A stretch of 64,000 nucleotides of DNA from the NCBI GenBank assembly GCA_964187785.1, contig OZ076409.1:97652001-97716000 (forward strand), given 5' to 3'. A program made the translations under genes and the position numbers. Below are positions 34,132 to 44,707 of this stretch, piece after piece (the stretch's first letter is position 1; each line of letters begins with the position of its first letter). The DNA is from Amphiscolops sp. MND2022 (taxonomy: Eukaryota). The notes under the pieces were generated by a model. That model was not told where the DNA came from and ran no database searches. It was given only the letters and a program-made list of their open reading frames with translations.

Positions 34132-36073
34132 TGTGAAGTGCTTGCTCGTTAATTGACGGTGCTTGTTAAGTTGGTAGGAAAATTGATGAATCTATATCTT
34201 TCTTCTAATTAGCGAAAGCTTCTCTAAGAATATTCAAAATTAGTGATTTTTCTTCCTTCAGTTTTCTCTTTGAATTTCGGTAGTTATAAGCCTCAATTAT
34301 TGTCTAATTTGTGAACTCTTAGTTCACTTCCCTTCTATTTTCTTGACTGAAAAATGAAATTATGCTCCTACTTAAAATTTTCGTTATAATGCCTTCCAGC
34401 ACTTACACAAAAGAAATATCAGGTTGGAGTTCGTACGGAAGGACTTTACGTTTGCGACCCGGGAAAAAAGAGTGTTTGGGTTCTGAAATAGTTGAATTGA
34501 ACCGTTCTCTCTTTATACTAAAATTGTAATAGATATCAGTTATACAAAAGCAAAACAAACAAATTAGGCTAAATAGACAAAATACAACTAAATCTGGTTT
34601 GATATCAATCTTTAAATAATATAAGTTAGGCTACTAGGAAAGGATATTAAGTTAAGTTATTTGAGAAAGCAGTAAGATTTTTATTGTTTTATTGTATTTC
34701 ATCAAGTCAGAGGTTAGGCCTCTTTTCTAAGGTGCAGCTAATAGCTTGCACGGCGTTTATAGTCCACCGATTGTCACGGACTGGGAAAGACAGCGAAATT
34801 GCTACTCTTTGGTTTTAGAACAACGCTTCGTCGTACTACTTTTATAGAGCGCGATACAGCTACTCTTTGTCTCAGATTGAGAACGGTCCGACTTGAAGAG
34901 TCAGACAATAGCTAAGTTATTTAAGTCTCTTATAACCCAGCTTAGGCTGTGGTTCTTAGTTTAGAGTCAGTGAATATCACCAGACTTTGGTTTAGAGTCC
35001 ACTATAAAGCAGGGACTATTCAATCTTTGTTGAACAAAGACGGTATAATAGCTTCTGTTTGAAGTCAAAAGTCAACTAAAACTCCAACGTAAGAGAATGA
35101 TTGCTTTATCTTAAGAGCAGGCTTGAAAATGTTTTGGCTCGAAAATAGTATTGAAAATTGTCAAAGACAAAATTGCTTCAGCTAGGAAGCAGGCTTGACA
35201 AAAAGTATAAGTTAGAATTGCTTCACCTGAAGCAGCGTTGAGAATTGTCAAAGATAGAATTTGCTTCAGCTAGGGAGCAGGCTTGACAAAAAATATAAGT
35301 TAGAATTGCTTTACTTGAAGCAGCGTTGAGAATTGTCAAAGATAGAATTTGCTTCAGCTAGGAAGCAGGCTTGACAAAAAATATAAGTTAGAATTGCTTT
35401 ACTTGAAGCAGCGTTGAGAATTGTCGAAGATAGAATTGAGCCAAGACTTGTAAAATTTTAAGTTTTGCTAATTTAAGTTTAAGTTAAGAAAAAGACTTAG
35501 AAAAAAAATGAAAGTGAAAGTGAAAGCTCCGAAAAGAAAATTGAAAAAGATTTTAACTAACAATTACTGCGCCGCGCTGATGATGGGAGTTGAACTCGTG
35601 CAAAGAGATTGAGAGGTTAGAGTGGTCGGGTTTGTCGATTTAGTATTATTCCAAAAGAAGAGCTCTGAGAGTTGAAAATTCGCTCTGCTTTTATACTAAA
35701 TTTGACCGCTTCGTCCGCCAATAAAATCGAATCACTATCGTGACTGGCTGACGAGCATGACGTCATATGACGTCAAGTCAAATGACTATACAAACGAAAG
35801 CGTTTTGTATGTGTTATTCGCAGGCGTAGCGTACACGACAAAATGATGTCATTTGACGTCATGACCAAATAAGGAATGTATGCAGCGTCGCTGAACAAGG
35901 GAGTGAACACGTTCGAGCGTGTTCAAAATTCAGAGCTAAGCGAGAAAATAATAAAGATAAAACTGCACAAGTTACAAAAGACACAATTATATATTACAAG
36001 TTTTGGGTTTATTTCTTTTTGAGTTTTCACGGTAAGTTTCTTTCTTTTTATTTGCCATCAGTCGCACACGACA
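34132..36073 (-). repeat. 5' LTR of the giant element
   Basis: Direct repeat of 17074-19015; followed by the PBS. Confidence 0.97.
35688..35861 (-). promoter_or_regulatory. LTR promoter: TATA box with three CRE palindromes upstream
   Basis: TATAAAAG (minus strand, 35695-35688); TGACGTCA at 35758-35765, 35768-35775, 35854-35861. Confidence 0.7.
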
Positions 36074-36234
36074 ATTAAATAATCTTGTGCGAAAAGTGTG
36101 AAAATTTTTACTTGGTTGGGTGATCAATTTGCTACCAACTTAAAAACATCGCATGAAAACAGTAGCCAGTATAAAAACAAAGAAATAATTTATTTACGCC
36201 TCGTTTGGATCTATTCTACGGTGGTTTGAAAAAA

Positions 36235-36485
36235 TGGTGCAATTATAATTGAATTAAACCAAATTTCATGTGCACATATAATTGGATTAAAATATGTAGG
36301 AGCAGATACCGTATTAGAAAGTTATTGATGCCAATATTATTGTATTAAAATATTTGCGGTGCAGATACCGTATAATTCGATTAGAAAATGACTGGTGCGA
36401 ATATAATTGGATTAAAATATGCAAAGTGCAGATACTGGATAATTGGATTAGAAGTTTATGATGCAAATATAATTGGGTCAGAAAA
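36235..36485. repeat. Degenerate ~25-30-bp minisatellite (TGCAnATATAATTGGATTA...)
   Basis: Recurring ATATAATTGGATTAAAATAT / GCAGATAC motifs. Confidence 0.65.
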
Positions 36486-36642
36486 TGCTTTCTTTTTGAT
36501 GCAGGAGATATGTACATCTATTGTTCAGTGTTTTTCAGTGGGGGTCTTTTCTGCCCCCCCCCACACCACCAACTTTTTTTGGAAAATTAGTGAAAATTTT
36601 ATTTGAAAAGATTTGAATACAAACCAGAAACCTTCATTTTTA

Positions 36643-37055
36643 TTAGTCGGCGCATTTTATCAAAATGAGCCCGACTATTACAGTGGCAAGTGTACTCAAT
36701 TTTTAACGTAGAACCGGACGGGACTACAGGGTCCCCCCTTTGAATTTTTTCGGCACTGTGCGACTTTTTTTCGATTTTTTTTGTCTCCAGAGGGTCCCCC
36801 TTCAAGTTTTTTGATATTTTTTAGCAAATTGAAGTTTCAAAAAGCCCAAAGGGTCTCCCGTTTCTAGTTTTTCGGCAATATGAGACCCAATATGTTTCAA
36901 AAATCTCATTTTTCGTTTTTTTTCGACAATTTTTTTGATATTTTGCAACAAACTGGATTTGAAAAATTCTTAAGAGTCCCTTTTTACAATTTTAAAAACT
37001 TTGCGCCTTTTGAGCCTTAGATATAGCGCCGACTTTAGACGTTCCCGTCTTGTTA
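36643..37055 (+). repeat. Copy of the dispersed non-autonomous repeat family
   Basis: TAGTCGGCGC...GCCCGACTATTACAGTG head, GGGTCCCC subrepeats, end GAGCCTTAGATATAGCGCCGACTTTAGACGTTCCCGTCTTGTT. Confidence 0.75.
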
Positions 37056-37379
37056 TTTCATTTCCACGGTGACAATTTGGAATTAAGATATAAAATTTGT
37101 TCACACTATTTTTCTTTCTGAAGTCACTCGTTTTTGATTAGGAAATTAACAGCTTCCTGTTCTGAATCACAAAAAACAGTTAATTCGAACATAATTAGTT
37201 AAAAGAGATGTTAACTTCCGGTTATGAAAAAAGGTTTCACATTTAATTAGGCTAGTCTGAACTTTTTAAGACAATTACGTTCAAAAAATTTTGGTGGTAG
37301 GGGGAAAACAGAAAGAGTCTTCAGTGGATCATTATTTGTTCCTCAGCAGAATTTTGCTCTCTGTCGTGACGATTGATCG

Positions 37380-37462
37380 CTAATTGAGGGCCTTTGCAAC
37401 GAGCAGAATCATCAATTGGGTCCCAGCAGCCCATGTCAGCTTCAAACCTGTCGACTGGGCTT
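37380..37462 (-). CDS. Host FN3-domain gene, last exon (KAQSTGLKLTWAAGTQLMILLVAKALN*, GPI-signal-like)
   Basis: Acceptor TTTTTTCAG; phase 1 matches the previous exon; hydrophobic C-terminus. Confidence 0.6.
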
Positions 37463-38661
37463 CTGAAAAAACACGCACGCATCGTTATTCCCTCGTTGAA
37501 AATACTAACAATTTTTTTGAAAATAAATGAAAATCTGATAACAAGAAAAACTTGAATACACATCAGAGAGCCCCAATTTTAAATTTATTCTGAGGGTGAC
37601 AGTTTACGATTGAGATACAAACTTTGTTCACACTTTTTCCCTATGTAGTCACGCTCTCTTGATGAAGCAATCAACAGCAATAATCATAGTAAGAATGTGT
37701 GAACAATGTTTTGTTCAAGCAAGAAACTGTTCTAATAAACGTTAACTTCCCGTTATGAAAGAATGTTCCATACCTTTTCCATCTGAATTTCGCCGAAATG
37801 AATGTCAATTCCGCCTGAACAAAATTGAAAATCGCCAACGTGCAACTCAATTTTGCCAAAAAGAGAATCAACTTTGCATGAACGAAATTCATTTCCGCCG
37901 TAGCAAAAATCAATTTTATTTAAAAAATCGATTATCAAAGTCATTTTCTTTTTGGTGAAATTCATTTTCGTATTGGCGAAGTTTTTTTCACGAAAGCGAA
38001 ATTGAAATTCGTTCACGCGATCTTGATTTCCATCTTCCATTTCATTTTGGCGAAATTGACATGGAAAATGTATACTTTCAATTAGGCTAGTCTGAAATTT
38101 TTGGTTAATTAACTTTTAAAATCTTTGTGGGGGGAAGGGGTTTGGGAAACAGAAAAGAGCCCCACATTCCTCTATTCGGGCACACTGTTCAATTGGAGAA
38201 AAATTTCACAGAATGCGTTTCATTGATGACTATCTTCGCCCATTGAAATAATTCTTGTTCACATCAGCGTTGAAAAAAAATTTAAAAAACGATGAGCAGT
38301 CTTACCTTCGTGACCTTGAGGAAGTCACTTTGAAACAAAACTTTAAGCCGAATATTTGGTCGCATACATGGTACCATAGCTTGCTATGCAGAGATATTAT
38401 CCAAAAGAGCGCTGGTTTAGTAAAGCTGCAACAAGCCGGAAACGGAATGAGTCGGCGCCATATATAAGGCTCAAAAATAGCAAAAGAACTTCAAAATGTC
38501 AATTGGTATTGTCAACTTAAGTATTCTCTTTTACAGTACCCGGAAAACCCAAAACTTGGCGCACCGGGGGCTCGGTTGTTTGGGTTTTCGCGAGTTTGAT
38601 ACTCTTGTTCCCGGCTTGTGTTAAATAAACGAATGAAATGATATTTCAAAATGATACAAAC

Positions 38662-38824
38662 TTGTAGTCGCTTGAACTGGCTCACAATTTGCTGCTGCGC
38701 CAGAGGTCAGCACTATGTTTCCTAGCGTTACAGTGTATTCAGTGGATGGCGAGAGACCAGAAAGCGTGATGGATTCCGGCTGGATTGCAAAGGTGTAAAT
38801 ATTTGATTGTCTGTTGTTTTCCAA
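38662..38824 (-). CDS. Host FN3-domain gene, internal exon
   Basis: ITLSGLSPSTEYTVTL is the FN3 signature; AG/GT boundaries, phase 0 in, phase 1 out. Confidence 0.75.
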
Positions 38825-38982
38825 CTAATTTCAAATTAACTGTTAAAGCAGTCGATAAAAAAAAGAGTCAATTAGTACTGCTTGAGCCACACTTGTGCGT
38901 GAACAGTCATTTGATTAACTTAACGATGCATTAACAGATTTAGTATATAAATATATTTATATTTATTTCATTATATATATTC

Positions 38983-39096
38983 AATTCATTAATGCACTGT
39001 TTTATCTGTTAATGCACTGTTTTGTCTGTTAATGCACTCGAGTGCATTAACAGACAAAACAGTGCATCAACAGATAAAACAGTGCATTAATGAATT
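38983..39096. repeat. 114-bp loopless palindrome made of 20-bp units
   Basis: Centred on CTCGAG (39037-39042); one mismatch seen. Confidence 0.92.
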
Positions 39097-39356
39097 ATTA
39101 ATGCACTGCTTAGAGAAGTTTGTTAACGCAAAAGTTTGGCTTAAACTGATTATTCAATGGCTTGTTCACGCATCTCGAAAATCATTTCCGTCTCGACCTG
39201 CGGTCTCGACTGAAATTAATTTCTCGATGCATGAATAAGCCATCGAATAACTAGTACGAAAAGGCAAATTGTAGTTTCAGAACTGAGCACATTATGGTAG
39301 CCTGTTTTGGCCAATAGAAATGACACTCGAATCAACTTTGGTATGTTTTGGTACTA

Positions 39357-40055
39357 CTAGGTGAACCAAAAAAACGGAACGCATAAAAAGTTTCACTTCT
39401 CAAATTTGTAATATTTGTAAACAAGGTGCTTTCAATTTTTCCGTCAAGTATTCAAATTGAAGCTTGCATTACGTAATCACATGATGAAAATCAGCATATT
39501 TTACACCCTTCGAGAAAGTCTAGACATATTTACCAGTCATTTTGTTTGCACTTCTGATGTTTGAAAGTTCTTTGACACTCGAATTTGCGAAAGCAATGTC
39601 AAATTGATTGATTGATAAGCTGATTTTCAGCGTTCAAAATTGTCTTGAAACATTTTGTTGACAAATATTTGACATTTTGACAGCACAAAAAGTTTGTACG
39701 TTCCGTTTTTTTGTACGTGAACCAAAAAACAGAACGTACAAACCTTTTTGATCTCTCAAAGATTCAAATATTTGTCAACAAAAGTATAACAACATCTTTG
39801 AACGATGCTGTCAATCATTCAAGATGCAATTTTTTCTTCGAGAACTTTCACGCATTGAAAGTGAGCGAAACGACTGGTCAAGACGTCTAGATTTTTTATG
39901 ATGGTTCGAACCATCCTTAGTTGAAGATGCGACGTAACAGGAGCTTCGTTCTAAATGACTGACAGAAATATTGAAAGATTCTCACTCTTTTGTTTACAAA
40001 TAATACAATTTTGAAGACGCGAATTTTAGTGCGTTCCGTTTTTTCGTTCATCTAG
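39357..40055. mobile_element. MITE-like element (TA-flanked) made of two inverted halves
   Basis: TA|CTAGGTGAACCAAAAAAACGGAACGCA ... TGCGTTCCGTTTTTTCGTTCATCTAG|TA; TIR-like sequences meet again at ~39690-39745. Confidence 0.75.
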
Positions 40056-40453
40056 TACCATTTTTGTTTTTTTTAAACTGTATTTCTGTTATACGGTGTA
40101 GTACCGATTCCGAATTTTTCCGTTCACGAACTGTTAATCAATCCGATTTCAAATGTGCAATAATGATTCGAATTTATGTTGATACATATTTACATATATA
40201 CAAACAATATGTATGTTAGATTAGATTGATAGAGAATCATTGGTACTCATTTGGCTATAGAAATCAGTTGATAAAGAATTGAAGACTTTAGAAACACATC
40301 ACTTTTTTATTAGATTACTCAAAAAAGAACAATTTCAGCATTTTCAGCACTTAATGAAGAAAATAGCAACAACGTTTCAAGATCTTTAGGTTGAAATTTT
40401 CCACACAAGTATTCACGGTGATAGTGTTTTTGGTTTTCGTAGCATTTTTACAC

Positions 40454-40647
40454 CTGGGTCCCAAAACTGGTAGAGGGTGGAGAAATACCAGAACATGGGG
40501 TTGTACCGACTGCACACATGACAACTGCGCTACCTATGGTATCAGAAGAATCCGCTCCGTTTAACTCGTGCGCAATCGTGAAGGTCAAAGAGTTATGAGT
40601 TGCCTCACTTTCTGTCAAAATCACCTTGTTCGTTACCGCGAAAGAAA
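40454..40647 (-). CDS. Host FN3-domain gene, internal exon (N-terminal part of domain)
   Basis: Acceptor TGTTTACAG, donor CAG|GT phase 0; EATHNSLTFTI fits FN3 strands A/B. Upstream exon not located. Confidence 0.65.
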
Positions 40648-40717
40648 CTGTAAACACCAAAACATTTCAAGTTGCACCCGCTACGAGCTCTGAATGATAA
40701 TTAGACCTCATTATCAT

Positions 40718-42167
40718 CGACAGTGATTTCGTCCCCAAATGAGCACAGCGATTTTTTCACAATCAATAAAATATTACGAAACGCAAAAAGCATATAGGAA
40801 AACGAAATTTTTAGGGGTCGGAAAAAATTTTCGACTACATATGCAATTGTGTCGTTTTTTTGTTTTTTTCTCCCGACCTTTTCATGAAAATTTCGAATTT
40901 CTCAAAAACTGTCCATACGATTTTCACGAAATTTTGCACAGTCATTCTACACCCAAAGGGGCCCCTGCGTGCGCAAAGGCATCAAAATCGTATGACTGGA
41001 ATGTGAGAAACATAGCCAAAATTAGCCCAAAAATGGCAAAAATTAGCCCGAAAACAGCTTTTTTACGATTTTCTTAAAAACTGTCCATACGATTCGAACG
41101 AAATTTTCTACAGTCATTCTACATCATAATAGAGTCCTATATGTGCAATGGCATCAAAATCATATGGCTGGGATGTGAGAAACATAGCCAAAATTAGCCC
41201 AAAAATGGCCAAAAAACAGTCATTTTTCGACTTTTTTCGATTTTCTCATAAACTGTCCATACGATTCGAATGAAATTTTCTACAGTCATCCTACACCATA
41301 TTATGGTCCTTTATGGGCAATTTCCTGAAATTCGTATGGCTGGAATGTGAGAAACATAGCCAAAATTGACCCAAAAATGGCAAAAAAACAGCTTTTTTCG
41401 ATTTTTTTTTGATTTTCACAAAAACTGTTCATACGATTCGAACGAAATTTTGTACAGTCCTGCTACACCATATTATTGTCCTTTGTGTGTAATTTCATCA
41501 AATTCGTATTGCTGGGATGTGAGAAACATAGCCTAAATTAACCCAAAAGTGGCCAAAAAACCGCCATTTTTCGATTTTTTTTGACTTTTGCTAAAACTGT
41601 CCATACGATTCGAACGAAAATTTCTACAGTCATTTTCTACACCATAGTATGATCCTATGTGTGCAATTCCAAAAATGTGGTATGACTGGGATTGGAGCGA
41701 GTCAGAAGGAAAAAGACCTAAGCCGACTCCTTTACCGCATATGCGGCTCTGGTTTATTTAACAATCTATTGGACTACCTGGGGCGAGTTATTTGTGTCAA
41801 AATAGTTTGTATTCCGAACCACCGGCGAAAAGTGAAAATTTGCAAGAAAATATTTTTCAGAAAATTAACTTTTTCTCAATAACACAGCAATTGTTTGCTA
41901 AGTTACTGTCACACTCTAGTAACGCAGTTTGCCACCAATGGAAACGCAAATAGTTGTTTTTTTTCGATGAAGCTTCAGCAAATAGTTCGACCAGCATTTG
42001 AAAGGCTCAACTCCCAGCTTAACTAGTGTCCATTTGAAAGCTTAGGTAAAGGGCTTTCAGGAGCAGAAAACCGTTTTGAGCTGTCGCTATTATTCGTGGA
42101 GAAATTAGGCTTTGAAAAAAATTCCTATTTTTTTCACTTTTTCAACTTCTCGGTGTACTGTCGAGGC
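40718..42167 (+). mobile_element. Non-autonomous element with five 172-bp internal tandem repeats
   Basis: CTGT(C/T)CATACGATT at 40909, 41081, 41253, 41425, 41597; flanks match 9197-9690. Confidence 0.85.
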
Positions 42168-42539
42168 TATAATAAAATAATTCACATTCGCCCTATTGAA
42201 AAATCAGCACCATATCTGTTTTTTCTTGGAATACAAATATTAAAAAACCAACAGAAGATGTTAAACGGGGCCTACGTGACTATTCTTGCGACTTTTCTCA
42301 GACAATATAAAGCGCGTTTTCAATTCAAATTCACATATTTTCTTCGGGGATGTTCATTCTTTGGGGAAAAGTCAACAACTTTCGTTTTAACATGATCGAC
42401 TTCAGAAAGTTTGAGATTTTTTGATCAAGAAAATATTTTCCTATTGAAAGTGTCTTGCTCCGATCAGTAAAGGGTTTCATATCAAGTAATGACTGTTTCA
42501 ATGGACCGAAGCACCAGTTTGTTGGAAAATGAAAAAATG

Positions 42540-42920
42540 AACGGGACCATTTGGAGACTTTGAAAAAAATCAAAAAATGAAATTTTGGAACAGTGCCACA
42601 GTGCCGAAAAATGTGAAAGCAGGCCCTTTGGCATTTTTTAGCATCCATTCTGTTGCAAAAAAAATCGAAACAAATGAAGCAGGCACCCTTTGGTGCAATC
42701 CAAAATCTTTCGAAAAAAGTCTCAAAGTGCCTGAGAGAAAAGATAGCCAAAAGTATGTTTTCGAGGTTCTGGGTCGATTTTGTTTCTTTTTGTTTTGGAC
42801 GAGCTTCTGAGGTTCGAGTGTTTTGTATCTCCGTAGTTCAATTTGTTGCACAAATAAACAAAAAAGTGGACCTTACGCGTCTTAAAAAACTACTCTGTAA
42901 GAGTCAGGCAGTTTTTTCAG
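42540..42920 (-). repeat. Reverse copy of dispersed repeat family
   Basis: Reverse complement of much of 43900-44250 (ACGCGT, TTTTCGAGGTTCTGG, TTTGGTGCAATCCAAAA). Confidence 0.7.
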
Positions 42921-43872
42921 AAGCGTATACTAACAACAGTGGTTTGTTGGGCCCACATTGCATTACTTTAGAACAAATCACGCTTTATTAGCTGTCAGTT
43001 CAAAGTCACAGCCAAAACGGAAAAAGCATCCAGAAAAAAAACGAAACCTATTTTCAACATTTTTTGTTCCACCAAACCCAGTCATGTTACAGCAGTCAAA
43101 TCTGAAAATCAATCCAAATGGAGAAAGGATATGGAAACTGAAAATGTTACCAAAAAACGCAGTGGCACTGTGATATTTTCCGTGGGTTTTTCTATTTTGT
43201 CCCCCCATGACTGAAGCTAAACCGGTGGGCTAACCAAACTCTTTGTTTGCATAGAATGTTCCATAACCCTCTGCCGTTTTCAAAGAGTTTTTCCTAATTT
43301 GTATTTTTTGAAAAACCTAATCAGTATCACTATTTTAGATGAAAAAAAGGAATTGGTCAATGGTGATTAAAGAAACATTCAAAATTTTAACTCACCAGGC
43401 AAAATGAGAAGAAAAATCGTCAGCGGACAAATCATTTTTACCGACTGCTCAGTTTTCAAAGTTGTGCCACAAATGTTTCTTCAAGCTACCAAAAATGAGC
43501 CAGCTAATGAGTTTTCCTCTTGATTGGATTTTATGTGTTTTGTATATAATTAAATGGGCTTTGTTATGACGACGTTTTTCAAAAAGGTATCTGTAGAGAA
43601 GTTCTAGCTTTTCAACAAAATTTAATTACTGTGGTTTGTACACAAAGTATGAAGATGATCATTATTATTGTTTTTAAGGTTGACTTGATAACGTTTGGTT
43701 GTTGATTTGGCTTAACTTTGACTATATACATTTTTTGTAAAGTTGAAAGCTCACAGTTTTAGTTGATTGAGCAGCTGACTGTTGAGAAGTTTCTGTAAAA
43801 GATAATTGACGCAAGCAAAAAATGTAAAAGATTTTCTTCACTCCGAGTCTTTTACCAATTAAAGACCTGATT

Positions 43873-44411
43873 TTTAGTCGATGCTTTTGGAGAAAATTGG
43901 CTGACTCTTACATAGGACTATTACAGTTTTTTATACGCGTAAAGTCCATTTTTTGTTCATTTGTTCAACAACTTGAGCTACGGAGGTTCAAAACACTCAA
44001 AACCTCAGAACCTCATCCGAAACAAAAAAACAGATGTCCAGAACCTCGAAAACATACAAAGGATCCCCCTTTGGCTATCTTTTTTCTCAGGCACTTTGAA
44101 ACTTTTTCCAAAAATTTTTGGATTGCACCAAAGGATTCCCCCTTCAATTGTTTCGATAATTTACAACAGAATGGACATTTAAAAAAACTCCCCCTTTTAC
44201 ATTTTTTAGCACTGTGACACTGTACAAAAATGACATTTTTTGATTTGCGAAAAATTTTTAATGCCGCTGAAGGGTACCCCTTGATTTTTTTTCATATTTT
44301 GCAACAAACTGGAGTTTCAAAAATCCCAAAGGGGCCCCCTTTTACAAGTTTAAAAACTTTGCTCTTTGTGAGCCTTAGACATAGCGCCGACTTTGGCCGT
44401 TCCCGGCTTGA
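43873..44411 (+). repeat. Copy of dispersed non-autonomous repeat family
   Basis: Ends GAGCCTTAGACATAGCGCCGACTTTGGCCGTTCCCGGCTTG. Confidence 0.75.
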
Positions 44412-44707
44412 TTTGCTTTCTTGTTTCTTATAAAAGGAAAAATCTCAATTTTACAGAACTCACTGTCTTTATTTTTTGCTCCTTTTCCAACAATTTCTAC
44501 CCACTGGAGAGCGGGAAAAATGTTGACTTGGCCTAGTGATTAGAGCGTACGACTGTGAAAGAAGACGGGATCGAACCCCACGCTAGACCGCTTGCAAACT
44601 TTGCATGTCTGAAAAAGAAAGGAAGCCGTTTTCGGCACTATGCGACTTTTTGAAAATTTTTAAAAGTTTCTTTTGATGCATACCGCATGTGCGGTAGAGG
44701 AGTCGGC

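Larger units (their letters stand above)
17074..36073 (-). mobile_element. Giant (19,000 bp) intact Ty3/gypsy LTR retroelement with env and accessory genes
   Basis: Two 1,942-bp TG...CA LTRs, 4-bp TSD ATTA (17070-17073, 36074-36077), PBS, uninterrupted gag, pol (PR-RT-RH-IN order) and env ORFs. Confidence 0.97.

Noticed and set aside
44525..44590. tRNA gene (A-box TGGCCTAGTG, B-box-like GGATCGAACCC)
   Set aside because: Arms incomplete; likely SINE-like remnant.
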